This document shows positions 1-9,463 of a stretch of DNA of 64,000 nt, in pieces. The DNA is from Candidatus Latescibacterota bacterium. Lineage in GTDB: Bacteria; Latescibacterota; UBA2968. The translations under genes and the position numbers were made by a program. Where the stretch lies: the NCBI GenBank assembly GCA_965205975.1, contig OZ242195.1:1920001-1984000 (forward strand), given 5' to 3'. A model generated the notes under the pieces. That model ran no database searches. It was not told the DNA's origin and saw only the letters and a program-made list of their open reading frames with translations. Position 1 is the first letter of the stretch; every line of letters starts with the position of its first letter.

Positions 1-148
1 TCTCCAAATAATGCCAATTTCCCCGTGCGCCAGTCCGATGCACAAACGATATGCCAGACGCTTCTGTGACCTCCACAAATTGCTCTGCGGCAACAGAACT
101 CGAAAATAAAAGAAGCCATAAAAAATAAAGTGCATAAAAGAAAAACAT
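1..148 (-). CDS. CRTAC1/ASPIC-UnbV family secreted protein, N-terminus (runs off window edge)
   Basis: Manual translation from ATG at 148: MFFFYALYFLWLLLFSSSVAAEQFVEVTEASGISFVHRTGARGNWHYLE; signal peptide followed by the FxxVTxxxGIxFxH start typical of the family. Confidence 0.7.
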   Translation of the reverse strand, partial: MFFFYALYFLWLLLFSSSVAAEQFVEVTEASGISFVHRTGARGNWHYLE

Positions 149-269
149 AATAGTCCTACCACAATACAAAGTCCGAATAGACGAAGAGATGAACCCTGCC
201 CAAACCCCAAAGTCGTTACAACCTCCGTCGCTGATGAACTGGCCTGAGAGACGGCCAGTTGTACACCGC

Positions 270-1757
270 TCATTCGCGTTTTTTTTCTATGGATGCCTTT
301 GCCGCCATTGCCTCTGCCTCTACTTTCCGCCCTGCCCGACCATAGAGAACCGACAACTGAAGATACAACTCGCGTGGATCTTCCGCCCCCTCAATCACCT
401 GATCGTACAACGCCCTTGCCGCGTCCATATCTCCCGCCACCGCATATGCCACACCCAATCGCACCAGCAATCCCGCAGAATACGCAACCTGATCTGCCCT
501 GGTCTGATATGTCGAGATGCACTTATCTAAATGTCCCGTCTCTGCCTGTGTCTGGCTAATCTGATCGTAAATATAAAACGCGGCATAGGCAATAGGATCC
601 ATAGCCACAATCCGCTCATAGCCTTCCACCACATCGCGCGACAACCCATCGGCACACAAAAACATATCTGTCCTGTGTCTCAATGCCTCGTCAGATACCA
701 TGCCTCCTTCACCCAGCGCAAAAGCCGCGTCATAAGACCGCCGCGCTCGCTCTACGTCTCCCAACACCTGATAGGATTGTCCCAGAGCCAGATACACCAG
801 GGGGACCTCTGGACTAAACCGCCACGGCAAATCCGGATCTTCCACCAGATCGACCGCTTCCCTATAAACCTCTATAGCTTTATCGTGATGCCCCAATCTC
901 ACAAACCTGTCTCCGAAATCCAGCAAATCGGCTACCTTATCAAATCGCACGGGCAACACATACTGATCTCGAACCGCGTACCGGTGACGCTCGTCAAAAA
1001 ACTTAAACGCCTCCCACGCATGTCGCGCCGATAGCGAATCACCCGATACCTGATACGCCTGTGCCAGTCCATAATGACCTTTGGGATCTTCAAAATCTAT
1101 TTTTGTCGCCCGTTTGTATGCAGATATAGCAGACGCATACTTACCATGCATCATCATAAGTTGTCCGATTTCCAGATGTGCCTCTTTGCGATCCGAAAAC
1201 ATATGGACAGCCTTTTGAAATGCCTCCAGCGCCTCGTCGTAACGCGCTTGCCTAACCAGCGCAAGACCATATCCGTAAACCGCCAGATCGTCCGTCGGGT
1301 CTCGCTCCAAAACAGCCTTAAACGCCTCTTCCGCATCGGAATACACCCCCGCCAATTCGGCCACAAAACCCAGATTCCGGTAAAACATTGTCTCATCGGG
1401 TTTAAGCGCGACCGCCTGCCCAAATGCTTCAATCGCCGGACTGTAATTGCGCTGAAAAAAATACACCACCCCAAGATCGTTGTGCGCGCCTGCATCCTCT
1501 ATTTTCAGATGAATGGCCCGCCGCAAATTCTCCCCGGCCTCTTGCAAATCGCCCTGCCGCGTCACAATCTGGAGCCATCCCAAAAATCGGTATGCATCCG
1601 CCGCTGTCGAATCGGCTGTGATCACATCCTCGCACCGCACCATTGCCCCGTAATAATTGCCCTTAATAATATCGACCAGCACCGAATCCATCTGTGATGG
1701 CTCAACATTTGAGACAAACAGCATCCACACCATTAGCCCATAACCAAATCTTTTCAA
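270..1757 (-). CDS. Tetratricopeptide repeat protein, probably exported
   Basis: ORF 270..1811 with many TPR-like helices (AHNDLGVVY, AVYGYGLAL, AHLEIGQL, GHYGLAQAY); start moved to TTG 1757 downstream of GAGGAGG. Confidence 0.85.
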   Translation of the reverse strand: MKRFGYGLMVWMLFVSNVEPSQMDSVLVDIIKGNYYGAMVRCEDVITADSTAADAYRFLGWLQIVTRQGDLQEAGENLRRAIHLKIEDAGAHNDLGVVYFFQRNYSPAIEAFGQAVALKPDETMFYRNLGFVAELAGVYSDAEEAFKAVLERDPTDDLAVYGYGLALVRQARYDEALEAFQKAVHMFSDRKEAHLEIGQLMMMHGKYASAISAYKRATKIDFEDPKGHYGLAQAYQVSGDSLSARHAWEAFKFFDERHRYAVRDQYVLPVRFDKVADLLDFGDRFVRLGHHDKAIEVYREAVDLVEDPDLPWRFSPEVPLVYLALGQSYQVLGDVERARRSYDAAFALGEGGMVSDEALRHRTDMFLCADGLSRDVVEGYERIVAMDPIAYAAFYIYDQISQTQAETGHLDKCISTYQTRADQVAYSAGLLVRLGVAYAVAGDMDAARALYDQVIEGAEDPRELYLQLSVLYGRAGRKVEAEAMAAKASIEKKRE

Positions 1758-1771
1758 AATCACCAACCTCC

Positions 1772-3727
1772 TCAATACAAATGAATCCAATGTCCCCGTC
1801 CCATAAACCACAACACATCCACCGCAAACGACACGCCAACCCCCAGTGAATACCCCGAAAGCAATCCCGTAAACAACGGACGATACCGCCGATAAAGCGT
1901 CACACCGCCAATTTTCACAATCAGAAACTTACACGCCCAGGCAATAAAAATGGACCACGTCGCTTTCGTGGCGCGACCACTTCCACCCACTGCAAATCCA
2001 ATCGGATGCAATGGCCACCAGGGCAAGCGGTAGCGCAACACCGTCAACAGCGTCATACCCACCACGCCAACCCCGAAAAACATCAGACGAGAAGACGCTG
2101 GTCCCTGAGGGCTTTGCATCATGTTCACAGCCCGCGCAAACACGCTATCGCGGCCATAGCGAAACGGAAACCCCCCAAAATTATACGCGCCCTGTTCATA
2201 ACCCCATCCCAGACTCAAATAAATACACAGGGGAATCCCCACCAGCAGCGCCAGCCCCATGCTCTTGCCCAGTCGCCTTTGATCGGTACCGGCCAGATCA
2301 CCCATCTTCGCACTATTGGCCAGAGACGACATAAACATGCCCTTGCCGTGAAAAAACAGCCCCTCTGTAAATGCCAGCGTTGTAATCGTCCCCCCCGCCA
2401 TAGATACCGACCCCAAAACATTGGTCACCAATGTCTGCGGACTCACCCCCCATGCCAGATAGAGCAATCCACTCTCACACACCACCTTTGCCAGCCCCAA
2501 ACATACCCCGTAGAGCGCGAGCAAAAACAGAACGCCGATGTACCACTCAATCCCTGCCATACACAGCCATAGCAAACAAAACCCCGACCCCAGAATCACG
2601 CCCAATACAGCTGTGCGGTAAGACACCATTTCACCCGAATCATCCACCCCGTACTTCGTATTGATCGCTTTTCTCACCACATCCCGCAGATGATGCCTCG
2701 CCGTCCACAATGCCCACCAGACCAGCGCGAACAACGCTCCCAGATTTTCCCATGCACTCGCCGCACCCGTTCCCGGTCCCAAATCCAGACCAATGCGGTT
2801 GAAAATCCCATTCTGCGCCCAGTAAACCAGATAAAAAAACCAGAGACTAAACAACACATCCAGATTGGCGAAATAACCAAACCCGATAATGTACAAATTG
2901 ACCCGGTTGGTCATCGCGGGGAACCCATCGATAAATACCAGATCTTTGCGTCCAAAAAAATTGATGCGAGGCCAGGCATCCCAAAAATACCACACAAAAT
3001 TCCATGCCAAAAGTCCAAAACCCAAAACAAACCCAAACCAGAACAGCTTATTCCGCATCAGGCCTGACAATATTCCCCCAACGCCGTCGTCTTCAATCAG
3101 ATCGGACACCGGTGAAATCAGGGGATAGACCAGACGCTCGTTTTCCACCCATTGCTTTCTCAGCATCACCGCCATACACAGCAGCACAAAAGTCAGCACC
3201 CCGATCAAACACATCCACCAGAATAACGGCATAATCCAGACCGACCAAGGCACTGCGCCTGAGGGCAGTCCCTCAAAAAACCCCTGCATGGCACCGCGCT
3301 CATTCAAAGGCGCCAACCACGAAGGGATAGTCGGATGCAACAGGGCTTCCCATTGATTCTCTGGCGAGGCAAAATAATACGGCGCAGCCAGTACCCCCAG
3401 AAAAAATCCCAAAAGACCGCTACCGGGGATATGTGCCCCAATTAATCCCATTGCGGCAACAGTCAAAAGCTCTGAACGCGAGAGCATATACCCTGGATAA
3501 ATCCATTTCAAAAGCGGGTTCAAACCCAAAACCACAACCACAAACCACATAAAAAAACCCACAGGGAAGTGACTCACATTCATAGAAGACGACCGCGCCA
3601 CCGGCTCGGAAAATGTAATCACCGCGACCTCTGCACAGACCAGCACCAGGCCCAGCAACACAGCGCGGGCGGTCACACCCCGGTCGGCTGACTGAATCGC
3701 AACAGATGTATCAAAAGCCAGACTCAT
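1772..3727 (-). CDS. DUF6785/DUF6784-type polytopic membrane protein (putative transporter)
   Basis: 651 aa, many TM segments, motifs APYYFASPENQW, LRKQWVENERLVYPL, WWPLHPIGF; clear paralog of 38245..40221. Confidence 0.8.
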   Translation of the reverse strand: MSLAFDTSVAIQSADRGVTARAVLLGLVLVCAEVAVITFSEPVARSSSMNVSHFPVGFFMWFVVVVLGLNPLLKWIYPGYMLSRSELLTVAAMGLIGAHIPGSGLLGFFLGVLAAPYYFASPENQWEALLHPTIPSWLAPLNERGAMQGFFEGLPSGAVPWSVWIMPLFWWMCLIGVLTFVLLCMAVMLRKQWVENERLVYPLISPVSDLIEDDGVGGILSGLMRNKLFWFGFVLGFGLLAWNFVWYFWDAWPRINFFGRKDLVFIDGFPAMTNRVNLYIIGFGYFANLDVLFSLWFFYLVYWAQNGIFNRIGLDLGPGTGAASAWENLGALFALVWWALWTARHHLRDVVRKAINTKYGVDDSGEMVSYRTAVLGVILGSGFCLLWLCMAGIEWYIGVLFLLALYGVCLGLAKVVCESGLLYLAWGVSPQTLVTNVLGSVSMAGGTITTLAFTEGLFFHGKGMFMSSLANSAKMGDLAGTDQRRLGKSMGLALLVGIPLCIYLSLGWGYEQGAYNFGGFPFRYGRDSVFARAVNMMQSPQGPASSRLMFFGVGVVGMTLLTVLRYRLPWWPLHPIGFAVGGSGRATKATWSIFIAWACKFLIVKIGGVTLYRRYRPLFTGLLSGYSLGVGVSFAVDVLWFMGRGHWIHLY

Positions 3728-4635
3728 TACTCTTTCTCCAGCTTATCCAGTTTCCGGCTGAAAACCAATTCAATCTCTGCTTTGATATCATCAATAGGCT
3801 TTGGATCGCCTGCCATACGCACCTGCGGCAATCCCAAACCGATCTTCATATTGTGAGAAAGCACAAGCCCGCGGTCGATATCGATCTCCCACTCGGCATT
3901 CCCCGATCCCTTGCCATCAATCACAAGCGACAACACCTCAATGTGAAACCAAATTCGGTAATGTACCTCGCGCTCCTCCTCAATCTCCACCACCCGGTAC
4001 CCCTTTTGCTCTTTGACCTTCTTCAGCTTATACGCACTGTTAAACTGCACAAGTGACGGCTCTAAACCAGCATCGAAATCGTAAAACGGCACCTCAATGC
4101 GCTGCTCACCCTCCCATGTATCCCCGACCGACACCGCCCGGTCGGGCAGCACGGGCGCGAGACCGGGCATCCAGACCTGCCGCAAATCCGTAATCATATC
4201 CTTGCGCTTAGCCTTGAAAGCCGAAAAATCGGGACCAAACGCACCCACCTGTCCCCCGGGCGCAATCTCCCAGGCAAACGAAAGGTCGTTCAACAAATCC
4301 AGGGTATAGGGGAATTGCTCATAGGTCAACCGCTCACCCGTCAATATGGCCTGGCTCCCGGCCTTATCTACTCTGGCAGTCACTTTCACGCTATCGCCCC
4401 CTCCGACCACCATTTCTCGGCTCCGCCATTCCCCATACCCCTGCATAGTAAACGAGCCTTCTCTCAAAATCATCTCGGCCTTATCGCTAAAATAGTCCAG
4501 GCGATACTTGTTCTTATAGCGAGCGATTCGCCCTTCGGGATACTGCAACTTCAACACCACCTGATCCGTAGCACAAACCTCCCCTCCCACCACCAGAATC
4601 CCTATCGCACATAGAACCCATCTCAAGATCTTCAT
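3727..4635 (-). CDS. Hypothetical exported beta-rich protein
   Basis: Signal peptide MKILRWVLCAIGILVVGG after GGAGG; stop abuts next gene start. Confidence 0.7.
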   Translation of the reverse strand: MKILRWVLCAIGILVVGGEVCATDQVVLKLQYPEGRIARYKNKYRLDYFSDKAEMILREGSFTMQGYGEWRSREMVVGGGDSVKVTARVDKAGSQAILTGERLTYEQFPYTLDLLNDLSFAWEIAPGGQVGAFGPDFSAFKAKRKDMITDLRQVWMPGLAPVLPDRAVSVGDTWEGEQRIEVPFYDFDAGLEPSLVQFNSAYKLKKVKEQKGYRVVEIEEEREVHYRIWFHIEVLSLVIDGKGSGNAEWEIDIDRGLVLSHNMKIGLGLPQVRMAGDPKPIDDIKAEIELVFSRKLDKLEKE

Positions 4636-4660
4636 AGCATCCTCCTTCCCGATGCCTTCT

Positions 4661-6880
4661 CTATCCACCTGGCCTCTTTCTTCTTTCCCGGATCAACACT
4701 TCCAACTCGCGCACAGCATTCGCATCTCTCGCAATTTGCCGGTATCTATCCAACGCCGCCTCAGCCTCCACCTCCCGCCCAGCCTCTGCACAGACCAGTG
4801 CCAGATTGTAATAAGGTACAGCGTAATTGGGGTCGGACTCAATGGCTTTCCGGTACCAATAGATTGCCACATCCAGAGAATCCCGAAGCGTATATGTATC
4901 CCCCAGATCGGTATAATCCCGGGCTGTGCCGGGACGCGTTCTAAACCCCTTCCGAATATCAGCCTCCCACAACTCGCAGGCGTGATGCAGAGGTGCAACC
5001 AGAGTCGAATCCCTTGCCGCTGCTTCCCGCCACATTTTTACCGCCTCCGAGAATTGCCTATTCCTGACAAACACAGTACCAAGCCCCGCATAAGCATCTG
5101 CCATTCCGGGCCAGACCTTCAGAGCCTGCCGAAACGCAATCTCCCCGGCCAGGTCATCACCTTGTTGCAATGCCTCAATGCCCACCTGCACCTGTGCCTC
5201 TGGATCATCGGCAAGAAGACCTGTCACTATTGTCCGATATTCCGTCAGAGCTTCCGATAGCTTATTACCCCCATCGCCCGATAGATTCACACCCTCCAGC
5301 ATCGAAGCCGCCCGTATGCGCACCAAACGCGAGGGATCATCCAGCCGCTCGGCTACGGCCTCAATACTCGCATCGCTCCCATGCCCCATCAATCCCTCTA
5401 TCGCCCGGGTGCGTACCATCGGATGCGGATCGTCCAGAGCATCTATCAAAGCCTTTTCAGCCCTCTCATCAGCCTGTCTGCCCAGCAATACGGCTGCCGA
5501 AGCCCGCAACACCATACTCTGGTCTTTCGAAAGCGCGATCAAACCATCCAGAGCCTTTGGATCTCCCATCCGTCCCAGAACAATTGCTTCAGCCTGAGCC
5601 ACTTCATCCGCCTGTGAACCCCACCACGTTTTTACCCAACTCGCCGCCCAGTTGGGCGTTTGATCGCTATGGCATTCGTTGCACGCATTTGGAATGCCAA
5701 ACCGAACCGTATTTTCCGGTACCGGCGACAGGATGCGGTGGTCGTATATCCCAATGCGCTTCACCTCTTCTACAGGTGGCATATGGCAATCCACGCACCC
5801 CACCGTCTTGTGATTGCTATGCCTTTCAACAGGCTCTCCCACATCCACCCTGTGACAGTCCAAGCACACCCGGTCATAGGTTGCAGCGCGGGTCTCGCCT
5901 TCTCCTCTCACAGGACCCAGATGATGAGAATCGTGACAACCCGCACACGTCAGATGCCCCACCGTATAACACGAACTCATCAAAAAAGCCAGCGTGTTGT
6001 AGTTCAGTTCGCGGTAGCGTCCATCTGCCCAGAACTTTTCGCTGTCCAGCACTTCCAATTCGTAAAAGTCGTAAAACGGATCGCCCGGCTGATATCCCTC
6101 TTTGATAATCCTTTTATGTGCATGGCACTGTGCGCAGACCTCCACTGACTGCTCCGAACTCAAAAATTGCAAATTTACCAGTGTCGTATCCCGCGCTGGC
6201 ACCTGATCCGGCAACGCTTTCCAGAATGCCACATGTTGGCCTCCAGATCCATGACATGTTTCGCAATTGATACTCAGGTCAGTCCAGCGCGTCGCGTAAG
6301 TGCCCGTCTCTGGATCGTAATTTTTCTCAATCTGACTCGCGTGACAATCGTGACATTGAAAATTCCAATTCCGCCCAAAATTTGTCCAGTAATTGACATC
6401 TCCCGGCGCAAAGCCCTGTGGGTGGTCGAACAACCCCTCCACCGGATCGTACCATGTCTGTTCTCGAACGTCCCAATAGACCGGCAGCACCTGAATACGT
6501 CCACCTTCGAGCGTGGTCAAATACCACTGCGTATCCCGGTCTCCGATCACATATTCAATGGGATAGACCCCCCGTTTCCCATTCGCGCCATCCGTCTCCA
6601 TAAAATAGGTCCCATCCCGCACAAACATTCGAGAAGTCATTCCCCTATACGTATATGTATTGTTCTGTCTGAAATCTCCCCGCACAGCCTCAATCGAAGG
6701 CACCTGCATTGACCGCTGATGCAATGACCTCTGCCATTCTTTATAGGCATTCAGATGACACGTTGCACACGCCTCTGCGCCCGTATATATCGCTTTGGAA
6801 GTTACCGGATGTGGAGGATCTTCCTCACACCCACATACCATTACTACAAAGAGAAAAATCCCCGGGATCACTGCACGCAT
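4661..6880 (-). CDS. Multiheme (8 CxxCH) cytochrome c lipoprotein with HEAT and TPR repeats
   Basis: CATCH, CHDCH, CETCH, CAQCH, CAGCH, CLDCH, CVDCH, CNECH; lipobox-like VCGC; HEAT motifs (ALDDPHPMVR, LDDPSRLVR); C-terminal TPRs. Confidence 0.9.
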   Translation of the reverse strand: MRAVIPGIFLFVVMVCGCEEDPPHPVTSKAIYTGAEACATCHLNAYKEWQRSLHQRSMQVPSIEAVRGDFRQNNTYTYRGMTSRMFVRDGTYFMETDGANGKRGVYPIEYVIGDRDTQWYLTTLEGGRIQVLPVYWDVREQTWYDPVEGLFDHPQGFAPGDVNYWTNFGRNWNFQCHDCHASQIEKNYDPETGTYATRWTDLSINCETCHGSGGQHVAFWKALPDQVPARDTTLVNLQFLSSEQSVEVCAQCHAHKRIIKEGYQPGDPFYDFYELEVLDSEKFWADGRYRELNYNTLAFLMSSCYTVGHLTCAGCHDSHHLGPVRGEGETRAATYDRVCLDCHRVDVGEPVERHSNHKTVGCVDCHMPPVEEVKRIGIYDHRILSPVPENTVRFGIPNACNECHSDQTPNWAASWVKTWWGSQADEVAQAEAIVLGRMGDPKALDGLIALSKDQSMVLRASAAVLLGRQADERAEKALIDALDDPHPMVRTRAIEGLMGHGSDASIEAVAERLDDPSRLVRIRAASMLEGVNLSGDGGNKLSEALTEYRTIVTGLLADDPEAQVQVGIEALQQGDDLAGEIAFRQALKVWPGMADAYAGLGTVFVRNRQFSEAVKMWREAAARDSTLVAPLHHACELWEADIRKGFRTRPGTARDYTDLGDTYTLRDSLDVAIYWYRKAIESDPNYAVPYYNLALVCAEAGREVEAEAALDRYRQIARDANAVRELEVLIRERRKRPGG

Positions 6881-6890
6881 CGATCTTCCT

Positions 6891-7784
6891 CTATTCTAAA
6901 TAGCTCCCAAAAAAGTCTCGGGCCATTTCGGCTCGTAATCGCTCTCGAATAGCCAGTCGAAATTCTCGGGCACAAATGTACGCGCGTTCGGGACGCAACT
7001 TCTCTCGCAGCCGCGGAAAAAACGACATCAACCCATCGCGCTGATTCTTCGGCAACCCGCAGGACACACCCGTAGCGACCCATGCCGTTAGCATCGCCTT
7101 GCGGGGCTCCGTATCCTCGTTCTGCCAGGCAGAGTGCAATCCCCCGCTACACAAAATCAAAATCTGACCCCGACGCGCGACAGCCGGAACCGGCTCCTGT
7201 TCCAGCCAGGGCGTATCAATTAGTTCGGGCACATGCTCGGGATAAGCCGGCGCAGTATCCGGCGGCTCTGGACGCAACCCGTGGACGCGGGGCAACATCG
7301 CCTTGTGCTCTGGCGTCAAAACCCGACTCCAGTGTTCCATAATCGGACGATGACTACCCGGCAAAATACGCATAGCCCCCCGATGCTTGGGCACGTCATT
7401 GACCCAGAGCCACAACTCAGCGCGCATCCGTCGGGGCGTCGCCTGAAAATCCTCCCATGTCGCCTGGATATCGACATGACACCCATTCCTCCATTGCTCG
7501 CGGCCACTCGCCAAAGGTGCGCTACTCGGTGCGCGTTCGTGGGGTGACAATCCCCACCATAGATGTACGGACTCGGCTTGCAACACCTTCCTGGCGACCT
7601 CCTCCAAATAGGGATGCTGGACAACATCGACATAATCCGGATCTTCATAAGGCGGACGCCCGCTCGCCTTCAGCCGATCCCATGCTGCTTCAGCGCGGTC
7701 CAACTCCTCAGTGGTGAAGGGACTATCAATCGTAACGGCTCCCTCATCATCGTACTGTCTCATTTGTGTATCAGTAAATAGCAT
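6891..7784 (-). CDS. Phytanoyl-CoA dioxygenase (PhyH) family protein, possible frameshift near C-terminus
   Basis: HVD...PGSH...LHSAWQN motifs. Confidence 0.8.
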   Translation of the reverse strand: MLFTDTQMRQYDDEGAVTIDSPFTTEELDRAEAAWDRLKASGRPPYEDPDYVDVVQHPYLEEVARKVLQAESVHLWWGLSPHERAPSSAPLASGREQWRNGCHVDIQATWEDFQATPRRMRAELWLWVNDVPKHRGAMRILPGSHRPIMEHWSRVLTPEHKAMLPRVHGLRPEPPDTAPAYPEHVPELIDTPWLEQEPVPAVARRGQILILCSGGLHSAWQNEDTEPRKAMLTAWVATGVSCGLPKNQRDGLMSFFPRLREKLRPERAYICAREFRLAIRERLRAEMARDFFGSYLE

Positions 7785-7930
7785 GGTTTTTTCCCTTACC
7801 CTTTATTAAAATAGAAATCACTCGAATCATACGATCCATATCAAAATAAACCGAATCATAAGTTTATTGCCTCTCAAGCCGAAATTCAAGCCAAATACCA
7901 GGGGCCTCATAAATAAAAAGATGACAAAAT

Positions 7931-7966
7931 AAAAAGGCAACCGAATAAAAGTTCGGTTGCCTTTTT
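7931..7966. terminator. Intrinsic terminator hairpin downstream of LacI gene
   Basis: AAAAAGGCAACCGAA-taaaag-TTCGGTTGCCTTTTT perfect inverted repeat with A/T tracts. Confidence 0.85.
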
Positions 7967-7990
7967 ACCTGCCTCAACACAAATTTTCTA

Positions 7991-9019
7991 TCATTTTTCA
8001 TTTTTGTTCGCCCCACAGGATTCCCGCACGACCAGACGCGATCTCAAGGTCACTTGACGAGGCGTATCCTGCCCCTCGAGTTGTTCCAGCATCAGATCTA
8101 TAACGGCCTGAGCAATCGCCTCGTATGGCATTGCCAGTGTGGTCAGAGCTGGCGTCATATAAGCCGCAGCTTCTATATCTCCGTTACCTACCACAGCCAC
8201 ATCATCGGGTATGCGAATACCCGATTCCCGTAGCCCCCGACAAACGCCTATCGCGGTATAATCGTCCCGGCATACAAGAGCAGTAAACTGGTCGCCGAGT
8301 TCTTTGCCCAGGCGATACCCCCCTTCTGCATCGATGGTACTGACAGGTGCGTAGTTGGGCGTCAGGCCGTGATTTCGCATCGCCAGGCCATACCCCTTGC
8401 CCTGGTTTGAAAGCGAGGTGTTATCATTCCAGTGCGATCCGAGAAACCCGATCCGCTCGTGACCCAACTTGATCAAATGCTCTGTGGCCTCGTAATACTC
8501 TGCTAACTGGTCCAACACGACCCCGCTCAGGTTTGGAGTCGAATAAAAAAATGTCACTACTGGCACGCGTCCCTTCACAACATCCAAAATACGCTCTGAT
8601 TCTCCTGCGTCCCCTCGCGTATTAATTAAAAGTCCATCTACGCCCCAGGAAACCAATTGCTTGATCTGCACAGTCTGGTCGTCTCGTGGATTTTTAGAAA
8701 TCCGGTTAGAGGCCACTCCCATCATGATCTGATAATCATACTCGTCAGCCGCTTTCAGTATCTGATCGGTCTGATATCCAAACGCCTCCTGGAAAATCTG
8801 GTAGGTCAGCAGACCCAGTGTACCCGTCTTCCCCATCACAATCCCCCGCGCCATCAAATTGGGGCTGTAGTCCATATCGGCGGCTGTTTGCCGCACCAGT
8901 TCTCGGGTCTCCTCCTTCACCAATACCGAAGCGTGTGGAGACAGCGCACGTGAGACTGTTGAATACGAAATACCCAACTGCCTTGCGATATCTTTAATCG
9001 TAGCTTGTTTTTTTTTCAT
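7991..9019 (-). CDS. LacI family transcriptional regulator
   Basis: ATIKDIARQLGISYSTVSRAL HTH, YSPNLMAR hinge, IPDDVAVVG and LVVRES motifs. Confidence 0.95.
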   Translation of the reverse strand: MKKKQATIKDIARQLGISYSTVSRALSPHASVLVKEETRELVRQTAADMDYSPNLMARGIVMGKTGTLGLLTYQIFQEAFGYQTDQILKAADEYDYQIMMGVASNRISKNPRDDQTVQIKQLVSWGVDGLLINTRGDAGESERILDVVKGRVPVVTFFYSTPNLSGVVLDQLAEYYEATEHLIKLGHERIGFLGSHWNDNTSLSNQGKGYGLAMRNHGLTPNYAPVSTIDAEGGYRLGKELGDQFTALVCRDDYTAIGVCRGLRESGIRIPDDVAVVGNGDIEAAAYMTPALTTLAMPYEAIAQAVIDLMLEQLEGQDTPRQVTLRSRLVVRESCGANKNEK

Positions 9020-9118
9020 TGGCTTATCTCTCACCAATTAAGCGACATAAATGAGGGTGCATAACTCATAACTCACGAGCAGACCGTTTTGATTTGGCTC
9101 AGATTGGGATCTATATAA

Positions 9119-9134
9119 TGCAAAAAGTGTGCCA
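9119..9134 (-). promoter_or_regulatory. Putative sigma54 (-24/-12) promoter of the LacI gene
   Basis: Minus strand TGGCAC-ACTTT-TTGCA matches TGGCAC-N5-TTGC consensus, about 100 nt upstream of the start. Confidence 0.65.
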
Positions 9135-9341
9135 ATGTGAGCATTGTTCCAAACACATACTCGCAAAGGGTTATTTTTTATCAGGAAAGAGAGTCATTCT
9201 GCCTATAAGACCGTTCCCAAAGAGTTCTGATTGGCTCTTACAAAGGGCGTAAAATGGTCCCAAAAGACTAAATATAGTCCCGAAACTATCACATCTTTAA
9301 ACCTTTTCTCGATACCTCGATTCCATTATATCTAAAAAAGA

Positions 9342-9371
9342 GCGATATATCGTCCCGGGACAATATATCGC
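9342..9371. promoter_or_regulatory. 30-bp near-perfect palindrome, candidate operator/upstream activator site
   Basis: GCGATATATCGTCCCGGGACAATATATCGC, one mismatched pair. Confidence 0.5.
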
Positions 9372-9463
9372 CCCCAATAGGAAATAACAAGTCCTATTTT
9401 TCTCAAATCGCTCTGCTTGACAACGCCTGCTTTTCATAGGTAGCCATCTCCCAACCTTTTTGG

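Noticed and set aside
228..268. CTGATGA followed by a hairpin, resembling a hammerhead ribozyme
   Set aside because: The GAAA required after stem II is absent (TGTA instead), and the sister copy at about 56272 has CTAATGA.
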